64,000 nt of DNA from Eledone cirrhosa (taxonomy: Eukaryota), in the NCBI GenBank assembly GCA_964016885.1, contig OZ024743.1:175336001-175400000 (forward strand). The letters run 5' to 3'. The position numbers and the translations under genes were made by a program. Positions within the stretch are counted from its first letter, which is position 1. Each line of letters opens with the position of its first letter. Below are positions 1-8,309 of this stretch, one piece after another. The notes beneath the pieces were generated by a model, which did no database searches, had not been told where the DNA came from, and was given only the letters and a program-made list of their open reading frames with translations.

Positions 1-560
1 AACACTATTAATGTGCAATAAGAGCAAAATATAACGACATTGCTCAATTATTTTATCTAATGTTGTAATAACACAAGGAAATGTTGTTTGTGTATTTTTT
101 TTTATATTTGCTCATAGGCTTTTACAATTTCGCTCAGCCAACAAATATTAAAAAGTGAGTTGCTTAAGATAACAATTTAATCACAAATTGTTGCTATCTT
201 TTAATACACTCCAACAAGTCATCAAATTATGTACAATAAAAACAAATCTTATTAATTTGCTCAGGGAATATAAAGAAAATGTATATACACTGATAATTGC
301 AATTGTATGTAAATATTTTGTTTTTGTATTGTTTATTTTATGTTTTCTATTATGTATAATATATTGATTTAATATTGATTGTTTTTTGTAGTTGTTTATA
401 TTAAAAGTCTGAAAATATTTTTATACATCTTACACTAATATTTATAAGATAATTTATAATAACAATTACATAATCTAATTACATTACAACGATAATTTAT
501 TATTAATATATATCCTGTTTAACTAGAGTTATTAGAAGCGTTGCCTTAAAAAAATATTAA

Positions 561-1517
561 ACTAGACATGAAAAATGTGCAAGCTCAAAAGTGCCACAGA
601 ATGTTATAATAAACCTTCAAAAGTGTGGGACTAGAGTTGTTGCTAAAAAATATTGTAATCATTATATATCGTACATTCTGTGGCATCCTTTATAAAAATA
701 GCTTAAACCAACGAAGCCTTTATTTTTACGCTATTTCACTTAGTTAATTCTTAGAGTGTAACATATAAAAATAAATACATCTATGTTTAATGTAATAACA
801 GCTATAAATAATTACGTAATATTATTATCATATACTCATAGTAACAAAATAATTGTGTTGAAAATTAATATGATGCTTATATGAACGATCAAATCTATAA
901 TGATAATTTCTTAAATATACTAATAGTAAAATAATTTAGTTATCTATTGTTACATTTTCATAGAACTATAATATTAACAATCGTATTGCATTATCAAATT
1001 TTTATCACTACAAACTTTCATATTGTAATTACCTTAAGCCACCTATTATTACTTCGCTTTCGTACTTTTACAGCTGTAGATATTGCGCTGTATCTTATAT
1101 CTAATATCAATATCTCATGGTAATTTGCATGCAGTGTAAAATAGGTTTATTAATAACTTTAATATGAAATGTATTATACAGGGCTGCCGAATCGGCCAAA
1201 AATTGACTGGCTCCAACTCAGGATCCGATACTCCATTATTTCCTAAATTTCAGCTCCGCAGCTCTGTTATTATATTAATTAATTTATTTTATAGTTGTAA
1301 ATCATATTTTTATATGTTACACTCTAAGAATTAACTAAGTGAAATAGCGTAAAAATAAAGGCTTCGTTGGTTTAAGCTATTTTTATAAAGGATGCCACAG
1401 AATGTACGATATATAATGATTACAATATTTTTTAGCAACAACTCTAGTCCCACACTTTTGAAGGTTTATTATAACATTCTGTGGCACTTTTGAGCTTGCG
1501 CATTTTTCATGTCTAGT
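561..1517. repeat. Long inverted repeat: 213-bp arms (561-773 and 1305-1517) around a 531-bp spacer; possible foldback/non-autonomous DNA element
   Basis: ACTAGACATGAAAAATGTGCAAGCTC...GTAACATATAAAAATA (561-773) is the reverse complement of 1305-1517. I saw one mismatch (ATGTGC vs ATGCGC). No clear target-site duplication. Confidence 0.9.
1179..1266. mobile_element. 88-bp hAT-like MITE with 8-bp target-site duplication
   Basis: Ends CAGGGCTGC...GCAGCTCTG are imperfect terminal inverted repeats beginning CAG. Flanks GTATTATA (1171-1178) and TTATTATA (1267-1274) match at 7/8. An 8-bp TSD is typical of the hAT superfamily. GC-rich island in AT-rich DNA. Confidence 0.65.
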
Positions 1518-1540
1518 ATATATATATATATATATATAAA

Positions 1541-1575
<35 letters not shown>
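1517..1575. repeat. (TA)n microsatellite
   Basis: Direct reading; separates the two large inverted repeats. Confidence 0.95.
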
Positions 1576-1578
<3 letters not shown>

Positions 1579-2182
1579 TAAAAGGAAAAGAAAATGCTGA
1601 CAAATTGTTCCCAGTGAAAAATAGTTTAATTAGGAATAAGTAAAAATTAGTAATAATTATTGGTTAGTATTCAGTTTTGGTTTTAAGCCTTTACCGGTTG
1701 CGCATTTTTAATGCTTTTCAAAAATAATTTTGAGATAGAGCGCCCGTGATGTTTGCTCTAATCTGATTAGTTTTGGAAATTCTACCTGTTTTATGTGAAA
1801 AAAGTGGCTCCAGATATATATAAATAAGTTTCGCGCCAATTCGTGTTGCAAAAATTCTTGTGGTCAAAACAAATCAAAATTGTTTTGACCACAAGAATTT
1901 TTGCAACACCAATTGGCGCGAAACTTATTTATATATATCTGGAGCCACTTTTTTCACATAAAACAGGTAGAATTTCCAAAACTAATCAGATTAGAGCAAA
2001 CATCACGGGCGCTCTATCTCAAAATTATTTTTGAAAAGCATTAGAAATGCGCAACCGGTAAAATCTTAAAACCAAAACTGAATACTAACCAATAATTATT
2101 ACTAATGTTTACTTATTCCTAATTAAACTATATTTCACTGGGAACAATTTGTCAGCATTTTCTTTTCCTTTTACCAATATAT
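1570..2182. repeat. Near-perfect 613-bp palindrome (303-bp arms, 7-nt loop); foldback/MITE-like
   Basis: 1570-1872 is the reverse complement of 1880-2182, with loop ATCAAAA (1873-1879). About 6 mismatches and no indels by eye. Both ends lie in TATA context, compatible with a TA target site. Confidence 0.92.
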
Positions 2183-2247
2183 CATAACTCGTGTGTTACA
2201 CCTCTATTCTTTTAAATATATATATATATATCTATATATATATATAT

Positions 2248-2700
2248 CTAGGGCGGGTAAAATTCCCGAGATCCATGGGCGAGTTCTCTCCAGCGGTCTC
2301 TGTTCTTCATCATTGCTGCTATGTCCTGCGTCTCCAAGAGACCAGTGTCTGTCCTTAGGGCATCAAAATTTGTCAACCTCGGTCTTCCTCTTCCAGTGTG
2401 TCTATGCAGGGGCTCCCATAGGAGCACTGAGTGCAGTGTCAACTCTGGATGTTGGTGAGCATGTCCAGCTAAACTCAGTCTCCTCTGTGCTACTCTCGAG
2501 CTGACTTTTAGGAGGCTCCCATAGAGCTCTGAGTTCTTCATCCTCAGTGTATACTGATTAATGTTCAGAGCCTTCCTCGGCATTCTCGTGTAGCACCCAT
2601 CCACCATCTGAGTGAGTTTCTTGATCAGTGTCCAAGTCTTAGACCCGTACAGCAGCACAGACTCCATTACAGCAACGAAGAGACGGATCTTCAGGTCTTT
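2248..2700 (-). mobile_element. 5'-truncated RTE-clade LINE fragment (C-terminal part of the RT-containing ORF)
   Basis: Minus-strand translation KDLKIRLFVAVMESVLLYGSKTWTL...DGCYTRM.RKALNI...ELYG...RRLSLAGH...LLWEP...GRGRP...DTG...M.NRDRWR matches the post-RT region of RTE-type non-LTR retrotransposons. The stop codon is followed directly by a (TA)n tract (about 2215-2247). Confidence 0.85.
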
Positions 2701-2710
2701 ACGTATGATA

Positions 2711-2898
2711 GTGGATTGGCAGTATCGGTAGAGGGTCGGACATGCTTTTCAGCATAGTTACGTCCCTTTATGATCTGAGTTCAAATCCCGCCGAGGTTAA
2801 CTTTGCCTTTCATCCATACGGGGTCGATAAAATAAAGTACCAGTAATGTACTGGGTAATTGCTGACCTTGTGCCAAAAGTAGAAACAATTATATTATA
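2711..2898 (+). mobile_element. tRNA-derived SINE (resembles the abundant octopus SINE; Meta-like central domain)
   Basis: Pol III A-box-like TGGCAGTATCGG (2717-2728) and B-box GAGTTCAAATCC (2777-2788), core GCCGAGGTTAACTTTGCCTTTCATCC...GGGGTCGATAAAATAAAGTACCAG, and an AT-rich tail. Family assignment is from recall only. Confidence 0.8.
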
Positions 2899-2904
2899 AT
2901 TTAA

Positions 2905-3016
2905 TATAATATAATTGTTTCTACTTTTTTGCACAAGGCCAGCAATTATCCCAGTGCATTACTGGTACTTTATTTTATCGACCCCGCAAAGTCAACCTCG
3001 GCGGGATTTGAACTCA
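2905..3016 (-). mobile_element. Inverted partial copy of the adjacent SINE (B-box to tail)
   Basis: Reverse complement of 2776-2898 with a deletion of about 13 bp (CTTTCATCCATAC) and a few substitutions; only 6 nt separate the two arms. Confidence 0.85.
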
Positions 3017-3053
3017 ATCCAATATAATATAATATAATATAAATATAATATAA

Positions 3054-3506
3054 CATCATGTCATCCCGTAAGTAATGTCCGAAATTTCATATTTTTTAAA
3101 AATGAGTCTTTTATATAATTCCCATCAATATCGATGACTTACCTCCATCTACTCATCAGGTGTTTATTTCCATTGGTGATAAATCCTTTTGGTTTTGATG
3201 AGAAGAAGGAAGAGAGGTCAGTTTCGACCTCTTTCGGGCTTTTGATTACAAGTTCATCTAAATGATTCTGTAAGCTCCAAAAGCAATGAGTATCAGAAGG
3301 AGCGAGGCCCGAGGAATAAGGTGGGTGAGGGATTTTTTCCCAGCCAAGTTCTTCGATTTTTTTCTCATGCAATCATTTCAGTGTGTGGCTTTGCATTATC
3401 ATGATGCAGCAGCACTACTTTATGATTCGCCAAAGCAGGTCTTTTTTTCTTCAAAGCAGAATGCAAATGCTCTAGTTGCTGGCAACAGGTTTCAGTAGTA
3501 ATCGTT
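3054..3506 (-). mobile_element. Mariner (DD34D) transposon remnant: 3' part of transposase pseudogene plus probable 3' TIR
   Basis: Minus strand reads TITTETCCQQLEHLHSALKKKRPALANHKVVLLHHDNAKPH, then a TGA and a +1 frameshift in an A7 run near 3360, then KIEELGWEKIPHPPYSSGLAPSD...FFSSKP...SRWR*VIDIDGNY. These correspond to the HDNARPH and YSPDLAPSD motifs; repairing the lesions gives 34 residues between the two Asp. TIR-like GTCATCCCGTAAGTAATGTCCG at about 3060-3081. Confidence 0.9.
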
Positions 3507-3526
3507 GTAAACAGAAAGGAATTTTT

Positions 3527-3825
3527 TTAGTTGGACTTAATGGCGGGCAAAGGGAACAATTGTCCCGGGTCCCCTGCAGTGGAGGTCCCCACCAGTGACG
3601 GCGGTAGCAATTTATTTGTGCCTTCACCTGGGCATTTTAGTTTTAGGATTGTTAGAATTTTTCAATTTAATACCTGTATGTATAACCTTTCAGTTGCAAT
3701 TACTTGCACCAAGGTAACTTTGATGTGTAAAATTGGGGGTTTGCTGTGTATTCTAATTTTTTGTGTATGAGGATTCCTCCAAATCTGAAGTGCCCCGGGC
3801 CCCCCAATGTCTAAATCCAAATCTG
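3527..3825. mobile_element. Possible degenerate non-autonomous DNA transposon (hAT-like)
   Basis: Imperfect inverted ends (TTGGACTTAA at 3531; CTAAATCCAA at 3811) with subterminal CCCGGGTCCCC / CCCCGGGCCCCCC motifs. No TSD found. Confidence 0.35.
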
Positions 3826-4161
3826 TTCTCTACCGAGGTTCAACTGATCCCTCCATCTATCAGTCTCGCTATACCTCACCACCCAGAACATTCTCTAACT
3901 CCCCATATCTCAGTATTTTAACACCACGACCCCAATTCATCCAGAATTCACCCCCGGCTCAAGAATTTTCTCTCATATTGATGTAGAAGCATCAGGCACA
4001 TCAATCTCTACAGATCTTAAGAGGTTGTAGGCACTTCGTTTTCCTTCTAACCGATTTATTACTCTACTGGAAACTCCGCTGAAAGTCAACGCTAATGTCA
4101 CACTAGCTTTATCTCACTTTGTTATAAGTTATTCAGGCATAATAAACACAACCACAAGGAT

Positions 4162-4237
4162 ATGGCCCGAACACGGAAGAGCCTAAACCCCACTGTCATC
4201 GTCTCAATTTCTCTCGCCCTCCTCATCTCTCTGCATG
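4162..4237 (+). CDS. Candidate first coding exon encoding a signal-peptide-like sequence
   Basis: GATATGG start context. Reads MARTRKSLNPTVIVSISLALLISLH (basic n-region, hydrophobic h-region), followed by a consensus donor G|GTGAGC at 4238 (phase 1). Unspliced, the ORF ends at 4320 (52 aa). No in-frame splice to the Thr register found. Confidence 0.3.
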
Positions 4238-4692
4238 GTGAGCAAATGGGGTTCCACGTGCTGGCCTCCCCACAGCCGCGGCGGACAGAACGGAGAAGGC
4301 GTTTATCTCACTTGCATTGAACATATATAACAAGTAAACAACAACAAAACCCAGAGCATTTTTATCCAATCCCTAAAAATATATATAGAAACAACAAAAA
4401 CATAACAAATAATAAAACAAAAACAATGGAAAAAAGACCCCCCCCCCCCCCAAATAAAAATCAAAATCAAAAAGTATTTTCATTCGTTGTATTTTTAATC
4501 CGGCAGTATTCTTTATTGAGAATTGATTACTTTCTGCACCTGAAATTCATATAATGTGAACATGTAGTGAGATGATGTAAAGTATGTTTTAATAGAATAG
4601 TAACAATACACAAACAGATTGTTTTAGATTTCTGTTTTTACATGAAACATGTATTTCAGTTACATCTGCATGAGGCATGTCAAAGTATTATT

Positions 4693-5170
4693 GTGGTTGT
4701 GGCAGCAGCAGTAGCAGCAGCAGCGGCAGTAGTAGTGGTAGTAGTAGTAGTTGTTGTGCTGACAATAGTATTAGTGTTAGTAGTAGTAGTATTAGTGGTA
4801 GTAGTAGTAGTGGTTGTGGCAGCAGCAGTAGCAGCAGCAGCGGCAGTAGTAGTGGTAGTAGTAGTAGTTGTTGTGCTGACAATAGTATTAGTGTTAGTAG
4901 TAGTAGTATTAGTGGTAGTAGTAGTAGTGGTTGTGGCAGCAGCAGCGGCAGTAGTAGTGGTAGTAGTAGTGGTAGTAGTAATAGTTGTTGTGCTGACAAT
5001 AGTATTAGTGTTAGTAGTAGTAGTATTAGTGGTAGTAGTAGTAGTGGTTGTGGCAGCAGCAGCGGCAGTAGTAGTGGTAGTAGTAGTGGTAGTAGTGGTA
5101 GTAGTAGTAGTAAGAGTAGTAATAGTTGTGCTGACACTAGTATTAGTGCTAGTAGTAGTAGTAGTGGCAG
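4693..5170. repeat. 117-bp minisatellite, about 4 copies, built from GTA/GCA/GTG triplets
   Basis: GTGGTTGTGGCAGCAGC recurs at 4693, 4810, 4927 and 5044, and each unit contains GTGCTGACA. Confidence 0.88.
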
Positions 5171-5453
5171 TTGTGGTGGCAGTAGTAGTGATGGTGGTAG
5201 TGGTGGTGGAGGCAGCAGTAGTATTAGTATTAGTAGTAGTAGTGGTAGTAGTAGTTGTTGTAGTAATAGTAGTGTGGTGGTGGTGGTAATAGTAGTAGTA
5301 GTAATAGTAGTAGTAATAGTAGTAACAGTAGTACTAGTAATAGTAGTAGTAGTAGTATTACTATAAGTAGTGGTTGTAGTAGTAGTGGTTGTAGTAGTAG
5401 TGGTTGTAGTAGTAGTAGTAGTAGTAGTAATAGTAGTAGTAGTTGTACTATTG

Positions 5454-5531
<78 letters not shown>

Positions 5532-5535
5532 ATGA

Positions 5536-5576
<41 letters not shown>

Positions 5577-5645
5577 ATGATAGTAGTAGTTGTAGTAGTG
5601 GTAGTAGTGGTAGTGGTGGTAGTAATAGTAGTGGTAGTAATAGTA

Positions 5646-5693
<48 letters not shown>

Positions 5694-5765
5694 ACAGTAG
5701 TAGTAGTGGTAGTAGTAGTAGTAGTAGTGACAGTAATAGTGGTGGTAGTAATAGTGGTGGTAGTA
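5171..5765. repeat. Imperfect (GTA)n trinucleotide microsatellite
   Basis: Direct reading; long pure GTA runs at about 5455-5575. Confidence 0.95.
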
Positions 5766-5859
5766 GGAGGTGGACATTTTACTAGTTATTGTTATAAACT
5801 TGCTTTCAAAGTTGTTGCTTTCGGTGAAGTTTTAATGATAACAAGACAGAAACTAAACA

Positions 5860-6056
5860 CCCCCCCCCCCCCCCACCCCCCCCCCCACACACACACCACA
5901 CACAGAGACAAACAGACACACAGCACACATGCATGTATATATAGACACACACACATATATACACACACACACATATATATATACACGTGCATACACTACA
6001 TAAACACATACACATACACACATGTATACACACACACACACTCACACGCATGAATG

Positions 6057-6092
<36 letters not shown>

Positions 6093-6428
6093 TAAATAAT
6101 AACACGTACAAACACGTACATACACACATACACATACACACATGTATATACATAAATACACATACACACACACACATAAACACAGCCACATAAATACACA
6201 CTCACATAAACCCACAAATACATACACACACAGAAACGGACTCACTGACGTACTTATACAAGAAACACATACACACACACACATACATATATATATAAAT
6301 ATATATATATATATACACAGACACATTCACACGCATTACATATACACACATACAAACAAACACACATACACATACACACATACATATACATATACACACA
6401 CATATATAGACGTACACACACACACACA
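5860..6428. repeat. Poly-C tract (C15-A-C11, 5860-5886) followed by compound (CA)n/(TA)n microsatellite
   Basis: Direct reading. A separate C14 run lies at 4438-4451. Confidence 0.93.
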
Positions 6429-6466
6429 ATTTGTCAGTAATTAAAAGAAAATTAAACATGTTGACA

Positions 6467-6503
6467 TCCTCCCAGTTTCCTTTCGTTTTGTCAGCCATTG
6501 TAG
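6467..6503 (+). promoter_or_regulatory. Candidate 3' splice acceptor region ahead of the giant array
   Basis: Pyrimidine tract TCCTCCCAGTTTCCTTTCGTTTTGTCAG (AG at 6493-6494) and a second AG at 6502-6503, with TTGAC upstream as a possible branch point. Confidence 0.4.
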
Positions 6504-8309
6504 GATATTGTGTTATGTAACACCTGGGGCAATAACAGGACCACCCCTACCTCTGTCACTACCACTACTGAGACTACTACCTCTGTCACTACCACTACTG
6601 ACACCACTACCTCTGTCACTACCACTACTGACACCACTACCTCTAACACTACCACTACTGACACCCCTACCTCTTCCACTACCACTACTACCACCACTAC
6701 CTCTGTCACTACCACTACTGACACCACTACCTCTGTTACTACCACTACTACCACCACTACCTCTGTCACTACCACTACTGACACCACTACCTCTGTCACT
6801 ACCACTACTGACACCACTACCTCTGTCACTACCACTACTGACACCACTACCTCTGTCACTACCACTACTAACACCACTACCTCTGTCACTACCACTACTA
6901 CCACCACTACCTCTGTCACTACCACTACTGACACCACTACCTCTGTCACTACCACTACTACCAACACTACCTCTGTCACTACCACTACTGAGACCACTAC
7001 CTCTGTCACTACCACTACTGACACCACTACCTCTGTCACTACCACTACTGACACCACTACCTCTGTCACTATCACTACTGACACCACTACCTCTGTCACT
7101 ACCACTACTGACACCACTACCTCTGTCACTACCACTACTGACACCACTACCTCTGTTACTACCACTACTGACACCACTACCTCTGTCACTACCACTACTA
7201 CCACCACTACCTCTGTCACTACCACTACTGACATCACTACCTCTGTCACTACCACTACTATCACCACTACCTCTGTCACTACCACTACTGACACCACTAC
7301 CACTGTCACTACCACTACTGACACCACTACCTCTGTCACTACCACTACTACCACCACTACCTCTGTCACTACCACTACTGACACCACTACCTCTGTCACT
7401 ACCACTACTACCACCACTACCTCTGTCACTACCACTACTGACACCACTACCACTGTCACTACCACTACTGACACCACTACCTCTGTCACTACCACTACTA
7501 CCACCACTACCTCTGTCACTACCACTACTGACACCACTACCTCTGTCACTACCACTACTGACACCCCTACCTCTGTCACTACCACTACTATCACCACTAG
7601 CTCTGTCACTACCACTACTGACACCACAACCTCTGTCACTACCACTACTGACACCACTACCTCTGTCACTACCACTACTGACACCACTACCTCTGTCACT
7701 ACCACTACTGACACCACTACCTCTGTCACTACCACTACTGACACCACTACCTCTGTCACTACCACTACTGACACCACTACCTCTGTCACTACCACTACTG
7801 ACACCACTACCTCTGTCACTACCACTACTGACACCCCTACCTCTGTTACTACCACTACTGACACCACTACCTCTGTTACTACCACTACTGACACCACTAC
7901 CTCTGTCACTACCACTACTGACACCACTACCTCTGTCACTACCACTACTGACACCCCTACCTCTGTTACTACCACTACTGACACCACTACCTCTGTCACT
8001 ACCACTACTGCCACCACTACCTCTGTCACTACCACTACTGACACCCCTACCTCTAACACTACCACTACTACCACCACTACCTCTGTCACTACCACTACTG
8101 ACACCACTACCTCTGTCACTACCACTACTGCCACCACTACCTCTGTCACTACCACTACTGACACCCCTACCTCTAACACTACCACTACTACCACCACTAC
8201 CTCTGTCACTACCACTACTGACACCCCTACCTCTGTCACTACCACTACTGACACCACTACCTCTGTCACTACCACTACTACCACCACTACCTCTAACTAC
8301 CACTACTGA
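6504..8309 (+). CDS. Candidate mucin-like Thr-rich coding segment (TTTSVTTTTD repeats), first open block
   Basis: Unique lead-in DIVLCNTWGNNRT is in frame with the repeat and begins right after the AG at 6502-6503. A 2-bp deletion near 8297 ends the frame (…SNYHY*). No expression or homology evidence. Confidence 0.4.
   Translation, partial: DIVLCNTWGNNRTTPTSVTTTTETTTSVTTTTDTTTSVTTTTDTTTSNTTTTDTPTSSTTTTTTTTSVTTTTDTTTSVTTTTTTTTSVTTTTDTTTSVTTTTDTTTSVTTTTDTTTSVTTTTNTTTSVTTTTTTTTSVTTTTDTTTSVTTTTTNTTSVTTTTETTTSVTTTTDTTTSVTTTTDTTTSVTITTDTTTSVTTTTDTTTSVTTTTDTTTSVTTTTDTTTSVTTTTTTTTSVTTTTDITTSVTTTTITTTSVTTTTDTTTTVTTTTDTTTSVTTTTTTTTSVTTTTDTTTSVTTTTTTTTSVTTTTDTTTTVTTTTDTTTSVTTTTTTTTSVTTTTDTTTSVTTTTDTPTSVTTTTITTSSVTTTTDTTTSVTTTTDTTTSVTTTTDTTTSVTTTTDTTTSVTTTTDTTTSVTTTTDTTTSVTTTTDTTTSVTTTTDTPTSVTTTTDTTTSVTTTTDTTTSVTTTTDTTTSVTTTTDTPTSVTTTTDTTTSVTTTTATTTSVTTTTDTPTSNTTTTTTTTSVTTTTDTTTSVTTTTATTTSVTTTTDTPTSNTTTTTTTTSVTTTTDTPTSVTTTTDTTTSVTTTTTTTTSNYHY

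Noticed and set aside
1843-2034. 63-aa ORF
   Set aside because: Lies across the centre of the palindrome, has a non-ATG start and no recognisable motif.
2711-2790. tRNA gene
   Set aside because: A and B boxes are present but I found no cloverleaf, and the sequence continues into a SINE body and tail.
2193-3770. + strand ORFs 2193-2504, 3286-3498 and 3531-3770
   Set aside because: Antisense to the RTE and mariner remnants or inside a decayed repeat; no protein features.
4628-4650. 23-nt micro-exon that would bridge the phase-1 donor (4238) to the phase-0 acceptor (6503)
   Set aside because: The frame arithmetic works (DFCFYMKH), but the donor GTATTT is weak and such a fit is easily found by chance.
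4642-6498. Val-, Ser/Gly/Cys-, Tyr/His- and Cys/Val-rich ORFs
   Set aside because: Translations of (GTA)n, (CA)n and (TA)n microsatellites.
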